From: a bacterium | Lineage (GTDB): Bacteria; UBP7; UBA6624; JBBIMK01 | NCBI GenBank assembly: GCA_037444445.1 | Contig: JBBIMK010000011.1 | Coordinates: forward strand, 1-32,000 | DNA length: 32,000 bases | Direction of reading: 5' to 3' | Part shown: piece by piece, positions 7,409 to 15,040 of the stretch | How positions within the stretch are numbered: position 1 is the stretch's first letter | Layout: the number at the start of each line of letters is the position of its first letter | Position numbers and translations under genes: made by a program | Notes under the pieces: generated by a model | The model's input: the letters and a program-made list of their open reading frames with translations, nothing else | The model's database searches: none | Told to the model about the DNA's origin: nothing

Positions 7409-8737
7409 GTGAGGAAGAAGGTAGTGATTATGGGTGCGGCGGGAAGAGATTTTCATAACTTCAATATGGTCTTTCGTCAGGATGAAGGGTATGAAGTTGT
7501 GGGTTTCACTGCGGCGCAAATCCCCAACATCGCAGGCAGAACCTACCCACCAGAACTTGCAGGCCCGTTGTATCCGGATGGCATTCCCGTTTACTCCGAA
7601 GTTGAACTCACCGACCTGATACGCCAGCGGGGCGTGGACCTGGTGGTTTTCGCTTACAGCGATGTTTCCTACGATTACCTGATGCACCGGGGCTCTATGG
7701 CGTTATCCTGCGGTGCGGATTTCCTCCTCCTGGGACCGAAGCAAACCCAGTTGAAGGCGAAAAAGCCCGTCATCGCCGTGGGTGCGGTTCGCACCGGGTG
7801 CGGGAAAAGCCCGACCACACGAAAGGTTGCCTCCCTGTTGAAAGAAATGGGCCTCTCCCCGGTTATCATCCGGCACCCTATGCCCTACGGCGACCTGCGA
7901 GCCCAGATTTGCCAGCGATTCGCCTCCTTAGAGGATTTATCCCGTCACCAGGTCACCATTGAAGAACGGGAAGAGTTTGAAAGCCACATTGAAGCGGGCT
8001 TCGTCGTTTTTGCCGGCGTGGATTACTCTCTCATCCTGAAGGAGGCGGAAAAGGAAGCCAGCATCCTCCTCTGGGATGGGGGGAACAACGATTTCCCCTT
8101 CTATCAGCCGGATTTATTTATCGTGATAGCCGACCCCCATCGGGCGGGGGATGAACTCCGCTCCCACCCCGGTGAAACCAACCTCCGAATGGCGAATGTG
8201 GTCATCCTGAACAAAATGGACTCCGCTCCGGAAGAGGGAATCAAAACCGTTCGGGAAAATATCCAGCGGGTGAACCCCAACGCCCTCGTCATAGAAGCGG
8301 ATATGCCCATTTCAGTCGACCAGCCGGAGTGGATCCAGGGGAAGCGGGTGCTGGTGATTGAAGACGGTCCCACCCTCACTCACGGGCTTATGCCCTTCGG
8401 GGCGGGATATTTAGCCGCCGTGAAATTCGGAGCGAAGGAAATCATAGACCCCAGAAAGTTCGCCATCGGCTCTATCCAGAAAACCTTCATCCAGTATCCC
8501 CACATCGGTCCCATACTTCCTGCTATGGGATATTCCGAAACGCAGAGAGAGGAGATGAGTGAGGTGATACAAAATGCGGAGTGCGAGAGCGTGGTGGTGG
8601 CAACGCCCGCCAATCTATCCCGGCTGATGCCATTCTCCTGCCCCTCCGTCCGCGTCACCTACACCCTTCAAGAGCGTGGCCCCCTCACCCTCCGCTCCAT
8701 CCTGAAAGATTTCATCCGCACCCACCAACTGGAATAG
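7409..8737 (+). CDS. COG2403-type P-loop protein (cyclic 2,3-diphosphoglycerate synthetase family)
   Basis: The blocks VVIMGAAGRDFHNFN, FTAAQIP, Walker A GAVRTGCGKS, RHPMPYGDL, TIEEREEFE, WDGGNNDFP, EDGPTLTHG and LPAMGYS match my memory of this family. The GTG at 7409 sits 8 nt after the SD AAGGAG (7395-7400). The track start GTG at 7400 overlaps the upstream stop. Confidence 0.7.
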   Translation: MRKKVVIMGAAGRDFHNFNMVFRQDEGYEVVGFTAAQIPNIAGRTYPPELAGPLYPDGIPVYSEVELTDLIRQRGVDLVVFAYSDVSYDYLMHRGSMALSCGADFLLLGPKQTQLKAKKPVIAVGAVRTGCGKSPTTRKVASLLKEMGLSPVIIRHPMPYGDLRAQICQRFASLEDLSRHQVTIEEREEFESHIEAGFVVFAGVDYSLILKEAEKEASILLWDGGNNDFPFYQPDLFIVIADPHRAGDELRSHPGETNLRMANVVILNKMDSAPEEGIKTVRENIQRVNPNALVIEADMPISVDQPEWIQGKRVLVIEDGPTLTHGLMPFGAGYLAAVKFGAKEIIDPRKFAIGSIQKTFIQYPHIGPILPAMGYSETQREEMSEVIQNAECESVVVATPANLSRLMPFSCPSVRVTYTLQERGPLTLRSILKDFIRTHQLE

Positions 8738-8904
8738 CGTGGGTCCGCTACCCCATTGAGTCGTTCTAACGATGTTGACGGTGAACATCCGATGGCCACA
8801 GCGACAGGATAGTGGTTTGCCCCCCATTTTTCTAACCAGACGGGGTCCTTTTAGCCGAACATTCTCGTTATTATCCGTCAAATCAGATAGGGGGTTTCTG
8901 GCGC

Positions 8905-8958
8905 CATCTATTATACTCAGGGTGGTGGAAAGAATGGCAGGGCTATGGAAAAGAATCG
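8905..8958. repeat. left copy of an imperfect direct repeat (duplicated promoter + 5' end of the 785-aa gene)
   Basis: catctattatact...ggtgga...atggcagggctatggaaaagaatcg here matches catctattatact...ggtggaagg atgaagatggggctgtggaaaagaatcg at 9929-9983. The left copy encodes only MAGLWKRIVGW*, against MKMGLWKRIGVLF... in the right copy. Confidence 0.6.
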
Positions 8959-9023
8959 TGGGCTGGTGATGGCACCTGTCACCCTTGTGGCGTGAAGGAA
9001 TGTATTCAGGAAACCTCTCTACA

Positions 9024-9463
9024 TTAGCTCTGTTGCAAACTACCTTTTTCCAGCCATTTCTGGATGTAGCGAATAAGATGGAGAAGGTCATTCAGGAGAG
9101 CATGAGCGGAACGGTAGGTGATGTCTGGCTTCAGGGTGTCATAGTCGTGAACAATCCGGTTCAAAAATCCCACATATGTTTGAAATTTTTTACTCAGGTG
9201 AGAGGGGAGGATTTTCAGGGATTCCAGCTCAGAAAAGCGGCATGTCCCGAGGGAGGAGGGGGATGCCCTACCACTTCCAGAATCAATGTGGCTAAATCCA
9301 TTGCACACTCTATGGTGACCTGGCACAACCGTTCTACCACGCGCTGCTCTTTGCGGAAACGAAGGAATCGCTGAAGAGGTATGCTTAAAGAGTCTGATAA
9401 TTCCTGATGATAATTCGTCAGGCGAACCAATTTCTCCTGAATCACATCAAACAGAGGTTGCAT
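9024..9463 (-). pseudogene. hepT: HepT (DUF86/HEPN) toxin gene, frameshifted
   Basis: The N-terminal half is in ORF 9215..9463 (MQPLFDVIQEKLVRL...ERLCQVTIECAMDLATLILEVVG). The C-terminal half is in another frame, ORF 9024..9326 (...LESLKILPSHLSKKFQTYVGFLNRIVHDYDTLKPD...). The frames switch near the C/G run around 9240-9265. The HEPN Rx4H motif reads FLNRIVH instead of FRNxxxH. Confidence 0.7.
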
Positions 9464-9884
9464 AGGTTTTCGTCAACCAGGATTTGAGATAGGCAAGCCG
9501 CCGTCGCCGAAACTTCTCTGTATCCTGATAGAGCCGGCTGGCGTAACTACGAAAAGAGGCGAATAGCCCTCCTTTTTTCTCATAAAGAGGTATCCCGGTG
9601 CGGGCGATTTCCCACATAAGAACGGGTGAAGCGAAATTCACCTCCACCAGGTCCACATCCCGTTCACCCCCCAGAGCCTCCGTGAGAGCACGCTGTAATG
9701 ACCCCAACCGCTCCGGGTTCCTTCCCAAACCCTTAAAAACGAAGCGCACCGCAATGTCCAGGTCACTCCCCGCTTTATCTCTACCCCTGGCACAGGAGCC
9801 AAAAAGCACTATGAGGTCTATGCGATACTCTCTGACAATCCGTTCCAGCATTTTTTCCCGTCCTTTCAGGTTTTTCCAGTTCAT
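9447..9884 (-). CDS. mntA: MNT-type nucleotidyltransferase (antitoxin of the HepT/MNT pair)
   Basis: 145 aa with LIVLFGSCARGRDKAGSDLDIAV, the GSxxRG...DxD pol-beta nucleotidyltransferase motif. It overlaps the hepT start by 17 nt, the canonical MNT-HepT arrangement. Confidence 0.8.
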   Translation of the reverse strand: MNWKNLKGREKMLERIVREYRIDLIVLFGSCARGRDKAGSDLDIAVRFVFKGLGRNPERLGSLQRALTEALGGERDVDLVEVNFASPVLMWEIARTGIPLYEKKGGLFASFRSYASRLYQDTEKFRRRRLAYLKSWLTKTYATSV

Positions 9885-9928
9885 CCTATCCTTATTGTAG
9901 CAAAAAACTACCCACCTCCTTTTGTCCG

Positions 9929-9983
9929 CATCTATTATACTACAAAGGTGGAAGGATGAAGATGGGGCTGTGGAAAAGAATCG
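9929..9983. repeat. right copy of the imperfect direct repeat; also a bidirectional -10 region
   Basis: See 8905-8958. The core tctattatact reads TATACT/TATTAT on the plus strand (785-aa gene) and AGTATAAT on the minus strand (mnt-hepT operon). Confidence 0.55.
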
Positions 9984-12313
9984 GAGTTCTGTTTCTCACC
10001 CCTTTACTTTTCACCCTCCTCGTGGAGCGATTCCCGCTGTTCAATGTGGTGGGGTATGAATTTTCCCTTGCCACGGGGGCTCTACTCTATCTCGTCTCTG
10101 CCTGGATGGGCTGGTTTATTCTGGCGCTCTCACACCCTTATTCTCCACAGGAGGTGGCAGGAAATCAACCATCAGCGGGGTGCGAGGGAGCCTCTCCTTC
10201 CTCAGCATCATCGTCGGGTGTTAGCGTCCTGCCTCCTCAAAACGCCGGACCGGGTTTTTTATGGGCTCTTTCTCTGGGTTTATGGCTTCTGCTGATTCTG
10301 GATGGATTCGTTTTAGGGCTGGGGCTTTTGAATGGATTTTTTGTGAAGAATTGCGATGTGTCAGGTGGGATTAGAATGTTCGGTTTCATCGCCATTCCCG
10401 CCTCGTTTCTCGGGCTATCCACGGGCTTTCTTTCCGCCTCCATCACGAAAAGTTTCTGGAAAGCCACCGGTATGATTACTGGCTTCGCATTTCTCTCAGC
10501 CCTCTTTAGTTTTCTGGAGCATTACACTGGACCCCGGGTGAGTTTACACAATCTCATCCTGGGTCAGATTTCTTTCTACTTCTACTCTTCCTCTACGAAA
10601 ATCTTTCCCACCTTTTTTTATCATCGCTATTTTACCCTGGGGCTTTCTCTGCTGATGCTGACTGTGGCTTATATCAGGATGGCGGGCAAAAATCACCACC
10701 CTGCACAAAGCCGCATCGGGTATTCTTTCTTCTGGCTGATTCTTCTGTTGACGGTGATTCCCGCGGTTATATTTTCGGATGAAATGGGGTTAACCTCCGG
10801 TGGAAGGTTATTACGCCGCCGTCTGAACACCACGATTCAAAGCGCTCATATCCGTCTTCATTATTCGCCGTCTGATTTTTCCGTCAGAACGGTGAAACGG
10901 ATTTTAGGAGAATTGGAATGGGCGTATGAGCAGAATGCCACCGCGCTGAACTTGAACCTGCCCTGGAAGGTGGAGGCGTATCTGTATCCGTGGAGTGTGA
11001 AAGAAGAGTTGACGGGTGGAGGGGATGTTCTGTTTGCGAAGCCCTGGCGACACGAGATTCATATCACCAGCCAGGTGGACGAAATCCTTCTCCGCCACGA
11101 ACTGGTTCACACCATGTCAGCGGATTTTGGACGCTTTCCCTATGGCGTTCCTTACAACTTCTCTCTGATAGAAGGACTGGCAGAAGCCGTCTCCAGGGAT
11201 ATGGGAACAGATATACAGGCCCACTCGGCTGTGGCAGGGGCTTTACAGGCGAGGACTCTTCCCGACCCCGCCCGCTTTATGACCAACCGGGGCTTCCTCT
11301 CCCACACCCCCTATCAGGTGTATCAAGCCGCTGGCTCCTTCGTTGGCTTCCTTCTCCATACATACGGCACCGAGCCCGTCAAGAATCTTTACCGTGGCTC
11401 CCCTTACTCAAAGGCCTTCTCCAGATCCCTCCCGCAACTCGCACAGGAGTGGAAACTTTTCCTCTCTCAAGTTCCCGTCCCTTTGGAGGAAAGACAGCGA
11501 GCAGAGGTGGCTTTCAGCCCAACCTACGCCCCCGTGTTTTATGCCCGTATATGCCCCAGAGAACGGGAGCAATTAAAAGAGAAAGCAAACACCCTGAGAA
11601 ATCTGGAAAACTATACCTGGGCTCTAAAAATCTTCCAATCCTTCCACCGCCTGGAGCCTCACAACCCGGAATGGCTTCTGGAACTGGCTCAAACCGAGTT
11701 CCAGAAGGGTGATACCCGGAGTGCGCAAGCCCATCTAAAGGAAATCTTTGATGAAAATTACCCTCCGGCCTATCGGTTGCGGGCATACCAGCTCCAGGAA
11801 TTCCAGGCCGCCGAGAAAAATGACCACGCCGGTATTCTCCAGGCTCTCACACTCCAGGAATCCCTCATTACCTCCCCCTATCCACTCTTCCTCATTCAAC
11901 TCAAGAAGAAGGCGTTATCTCAAGACAATGGGTTAGACCTGTATTCTGCAATTCAATCTCCCTGTGGTCCCCAGTCGTTCTTCAAACTATATGAACTCTC
12001 CAGGGACCCGCAGTGGCAAGGGCTCCTCCTTCTCCTCCTTCCATGCGATTCTCCGTTGAAATCTCTAAAAATGGCGGAGAGCCTTCAGAACTGGATTATC
12101 CATCAGAAGCCCGAATGGAAAGAAATCTATGCCGAACGGGTGATGGAGCTCGGCGATAAGTTATACTATCAAAATCAACTGAAAGAGGCGGAGAGAGCCT
12201 ATCAACTGGCGCTTCCCTTTACATCCTCCTCAGCACGGAAGCGTCTGAACCGCCTCCTTCAGAAAGCCTCCTTCATCAAGCACTTCTCCCCGGTGGATGA
12301 GCCCACAGAATAG
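9956..12313 (+). CDS. polytopic membrane protein fused to an HExxH metallopeptidase-like domain and TPR-like C-terminus
   Basis: 785 aa. The N-terminal ~290 aa contain many hydrophobic spans and a Ser-rich linker (SPSSASSSGVS). LLRHELVHTMSADFG supplies the HExxH, with IEGLAEAV downstream. The C-terminal helical repeats (NYTWALKIFQSFHRLEPHNPEWLLELAQTEFQKGD..; LGDKLYYQNQLKEAERAYQLAL) are TPR-like. Confidence 0.6.
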   Translation: MKMGLWKRIGVLFLTPLLFTLLVERFPLFNVVGYEFSLATGALLYLVSAWMGWFILALSHPYSPQEVAGNQPSAGCEGASPSSASSSGVSVLPPQNAGPGFLWALSLGLWLLLILDGFVLGLGLLNGFFVKNCDVSGGIRMFGFIAIPASFLGLSTGFLSASITKSFWKATGMITGFAFLSALFSFLEHYTGPRVSLHNLILGQISFYFYSSSTKIFPTFFYHRYFTLGLSLLMLTVAYIRMAGKNHHPAQSRIGYSFFWLILLLTVIPAVIFSDEMGLTSGGRLLRRRLNTTIQSAHIRLHYSPSDFSVRTVKRILGELEWAYEQNATALNLNLPWKVEAYLYPWSVKEELTGGGDVLFAKPWRHEIHITSQVDEILLRHELVHTMSADFGRFPYGVPYNFSLIEGLAEAVSRDMGTDIQAHSAVAGALQARTLPDPARFMTNRGFLSHTPYQVYQAAGSFVGFLLHTYGTEPVKNLYRGSPYSKAFSRSLPQLAQEWKLFLSQVPVPLEERQRAEVAFSPTYAPVFYARICPREREQLKEKANTLRNLENYTWALKIFQSFHRLEPHNPEWLLELAQTEFQKGDTRSAQAHLKEIFDENYPPAYRLRAYQLQEFQAAEKNDHAGILQALTLQESLITSPYPLFLIQLKKKALSQDNGLDLYSAIQSPCGPQSFFKLYELSRDPQWQGLLLLLLPCDSPLKSLKMAESLQNWIIHQKPEWKEIYAERVMELGDKLYYQNQLKEAERAYQLALPFTSSSARKRLNRLLQKASFIKHFSPVDEPTE

Positions 12314-12348
12314 AGCCCACATACCATCCAGGGGCAGATTGTGTAAAG

Positions 12349-12380
12349 GAGGGCTACCTGCCCTCTCGCGGGATTTTTTT
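12349..12380 (+). terminator. possible intrinsic terminator after the 785-aa gene
   Basis: The stem GAGGGC-tacct-GCCCTC (12349-12365) is followed 8 nt later by a T7 run (12374-12380). The spacing is not canonical. Confidence 0.3.
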
Positions 12381-12386
12381 AGAGCG

Positions 12387-12395
12387 TGGTAAGAT
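12387..12395 (+). promoter_or_regulatory. extended -10 element TGGTAAGAT upstream of larA-like gene
   Basis: TGnTAAGAT lies 34 nt upstream of the ATG at 12429. Confidence 0.35.
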
Positions 12396-12428
12396 ACAGA
12401 TAGAAGGGAGGGGTGAGCGGAGAGAAAA

Positions 12429-13727
12429 ATGAAAATACGGCTAAAGTTTGGGGTGAAGGGGCTAACGGTGGAAGTTCCGGAGGAGCATCTGGAGGCGGTG
12501 TGCCGTGTGAGGATGAAGGCACCGTTGAAAGACCCTGTAAAGCGCCTGCAGGAGTTACTGGAGAATCCCACCGGGGTGGAGCCACTGAAGAAGATGGCGG
12601 AGGGTCGGAAGTCTGCCTGCGTCGTGATATGCGACCACACGCGCCCGGTTCCCAGCGCCCTTCTTCTTCCCCCCGTTCTTCAGTGTCTGAAAGAGGCCGG
12701 CGTGTCAGAAGAAAAGACCTGCATCTTGCTGGCAACCGGTGGACATCGGGCATCTACACCCGAAGAATTAAACTGGATGGTGGGCGAGGACATCTGGAAG
12801 CGGTATGCCGTCGTGTCGCATAATGCCCGTGCAAAGGCGGAGCACACGCTGGTAGGAGAGGTGCTGGATGGCATACCCGCCTGGATTGATTCCCGATATG
12901 TCCAGGCGGAACTCAAGGTCATCATCGGGCTGATAGAGCCGCATTTAATGGCGGGGTATTCGGGTGGGCGAAAGATGGTCTGCCCGGGCATTGCGAGTAT
13001 GGAAACCATTCGGGGTGTGCACAGCCCCGCCCTCCTGGAGCATCCCGCCTCCGCTCCAGGTATCCTGACAGACAACCCGGTCCATCTCGCATGCACCCGG
13101 GCGGCTACACTGGCCGGGTGCGATTTTTCCATCCACATCACGCAGGATGACCGAAGGAAGATTACAGGCATCTTTGCCGGTGACCTTCATCAGAGTTTCG
13201 CTCAAGGGGTGGAATTCGTGGAGCAAACTTCCCGTATCCCCATCGCAAAGCCCGTGGATATTGTGGTCACTACCGGTGCCGGCTATCCCTTAGACACCAC
13301 CCTGTATCAGGCGGTGAAGGGGCTCGTGGCTGTCCTGCCCATCGTGAAACCGGGTGGAAGCCTCCTCCTGGCCGCTTCTCTATCCGAAGGCCTGGGCTCC
13401 CCCTCCTTCTGTCGCATCTATGAAGAAGTCCATAGCCTCAAAGATTTTATGCAGAAAATCACGGTGGAGGGTAAATACTGGGACGACCAGTGGCAGGTGG
13501 AGGAGCAGGCAAAGGCGGCGCGAAAAGCCGAAATCCTCTGCTACTCCCGGGCGCTTCCACCGGAAGTCCTGCGGAAAGGTTTCCTCACGCCGGTTGCCAG
13601 TGTAGAATCCGCTCTGAAATCTCTCATAGCCCGATACGGTTCCACTGCTCGTATCGCCGTGGTTCCCGATGGACCCTTCGTGATGCCCGTGGTGGCAGAT
13701 AGCCCGTCAGAAAACCGGGTGAGATAG
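12429..13727 (+). CDS. larA: LarA-family nickel-pincer-dependent racemase/epimerase homologue (DUF2088)
   Basis: 432 aa. VVICDHTRPVP, EPHLMAGYSGGRK and the overall length match lactate racemase LarA-type proteins. Confidence 0.7.
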   Translation: MKIRLKFGVKGLTVEVPEEHLEAVCRVRMKAPLKDPVKRLQELLENPTGVEPLKKMAEGRKSACVVICDHTRPVPSALLLPPVLQCLKEAGVSEEKTCILLATGGHRASTPEELNWMVGEDIWKRYAVVSHNARAKAEHTLVGEVLDGIPAWIDSRYVQAELKVIIGLIEPHLMAGYSGGRKMVCPGIASMETIRGVHSPALLEHPASAPGILTDNPVHLACTRAATLAGCDFSIHITQDDRRKITGIFAGDLHQSFAQGVEFVEQTSRIPIAKPVDIVVTTGAGYPLDTTLYQAVKGLVAVLPIVKPGGSLLLAASLSEGLGSPSFCRIYEEVHSLKDFMQKITVEGKYWDDQWQVEEQAKAARKAEILCYSRALPPEVLRKGFLTPVASVESALKSLIARYGSTARIAVVPDGPFVMPVVADSPSENRVR

Positions 13728-13782
13728 AAAAGAAGGTATAACAAAATTCGTTTAAAACCCCTCTTTTTTCCCTCATCAATGC

Positions 13783-13811
13783 TTGACATATCATCTATCC
13801 AGTGGTAATTT
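13783..13811 (+). promoter_or_regulatory. promoter of the barrel-hybrid gene + membrane cassette 1
   Basis: TTGACA at 13783-13788, a 17-nt spacer ending in TGg, and TAATTT at 13806-13811. The ATG at 13826 follows. Confidence 0.5.
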
Positions 13812-13825
13812 AGGATGGGAGACGG

Positions 13826-14962
13826 ATGGCGCACGCATTTACGCCCGGGTTAAAGGTGACTCCACGCACGACGGTGGTGAAGGAAAGGAAATTGCCTTTG
13901 CAGGGGGAGGTGCTGGTTTCTAAAGGGCAGAAAGTGCGGGCGGAAGAGATTGTTGCCAGGACTCAGTTGCCGGGGAATGTGGAGGTTGTGAAGGTGGCAC
14001 AGCGGCTGGGGGCGAATCCAGATGAACTGGAGAATCTTATGCTGAAAAAAGTGGGAGACCGGGTGGAAGAAGGAGAAGTCATCGCCCGCTCCGCTGGCTT
14101 TTTCGGCCTTTTCCGCTCGGAAGTCGTTTCGCCCGTAAAAGCGACGATTGAAAGTGTTTCCGACATCACCGGGCAGGTGGTGCTTCGGGGTGAGCCCATT
14201 CCGGTTCAGGTGCACGCTTATGTGGATGGTGTAGTGAAAGAGGTTTTTCCGTCTGAAGGGGTTTCCATACAGACGAGTGCGTCCCTCGTTCAGGGTATCT
14301 TTGGAGTGGGCGGGGAAACGCAGGGCATCCTGAAAGTGGTGGCCCGCTCGCCGGATGAGGTTCTGACAAAGGATGTCATCACCCCTTCGTTAAAGGATTG
14401 CGTCGTCGTGGGGGGGGCTTTCATCACGGCTGAAGCCATTGAAAAAGCGGTCGCCGTGGGGGTTCGGGCCCTCATCGCCGGCGGCATCAGCGATGAAGAC
14501 CTGCGGAAATTCCTCGGCTATGATATCGGTGTTGCGGTGACGGGGAGTGAGGACATAGCGGTGACAATTATCGTGACGGAAGGGTTCGGGCGCCTGCAGA
14601 TGGCGCAACGCACCTTTGAATTATTGAAATCCCGGGAAGGGGAGCGGTGCTCGGTGAACGGCGCCACCCAGATTCGCGCCGGCGTCCTGCGACCGGAGAT
14701 TATCATCCCGTATGACACGGATGTGTTCTCCCTCAGCCCTTCATCGGAAGAGGTTTCTGGCGACCTTTCTATCGGCACCGTGGTCCGCATCATTCGCGAG
14801 CCGTATTTCGGGCAACTGGGCACTGTTACCGCTCTCCCCGTGGAATTGACCCGCATCGCCACCGAGAGTCAGGTGAGAGTTCTGGAAGTGGAACTGGAAT
14901 CCGGAAAAAAGGTGGTTCTCCCGCGTGCCAATGTGGAAATCTTTGAAACTGTCAGGGCGTGA
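13826..14962 (+). CDS. soluble protein with N-terminal barrel-sandwich-hybrid (lipoyl-like) motifs and C-terminal KOW-like beta domain; function unknown
   Basis: 378 aa with no hydrophobic span or signal peptide. It has two hybrid-motif-like half sites (QGEVLVSKGQKVRAEEIVART; KKVGDRVEEGEVIARS...VVSPVKATIESV). A central Gly/Ala/Val-rich alpha/beta segment follows (CVVVGGAFITAEAIEKAVAVGVRALIAGGI). The C-terminus is GTVVRIIREPYFGQLGTVTAL...VRVLEVELESGKKVVLPRANVEI. Confidence 0.6.
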   Translation: MAHAFTPGLKVTPRTTVVKERKLPLQGEVLVSKGQKVRAEEIVARTQLPGNVEVVKVAQRLGANPDELENLMLKKVGDRVEEGEVIARSAGFFGLFRSEVVSPVKATIESVSDITGQVVLRGEPIPVQVHAYVDGVVKEVFPSEGVSIQTSASLVQGIFGVGGETQGILKVVARSPDEVLTKDVITPSLKDCVVVGGAFITAEAIEKAVAVGVRALIAGGISDEDLRKFLGYDIGVAVTGSEDIAVTIIVTEGFGRLQMAQRTFELLKSREGERCSVNGATQIRAGVLRPEIIIPYDTDVFSLSPSSEEVSGDLSIGTVVRIIREPYFGQLGTVTALPVELTRIATESQVRVLEVELESGKKVVLPRANVEIFETVRA

Positions 14963-15040
14963 AGAAATGGATTTCAAGGTGGGGTATCATCGGCGGGACG
15001 ACACCCGGTCGTGCCCCGGGCAAAAGTGGGTGGCCCATCC

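Noticed and set aside
8615-9091. A 158-aa minus-strand ORF spanning the gap between the cDPGS-like gene and hepT.
   Set aside because: It overlaps the 3' ends of both neighbouring genes. It has no SD or recognisable motif. The region is better explained as the decayed duplicate of the 785-aa gene's promoter and 5' end.
10990-11712. A 240-aa ORF in an alternative frame inside the 785-aa gene. Similar out-of-frame or antisense ORFs occur at 12413..12823, 12680..13171, 15887..16417, 19512..20018, 24578..25300, 26301..26702 and 28871..29302.
   Set aside because: All lie within better-supported genes. They are Arg/Pro/Gly/Ser-rich, as expected for off-frame translation of moderately GC-rich coding DNA, and they lack start contexts.
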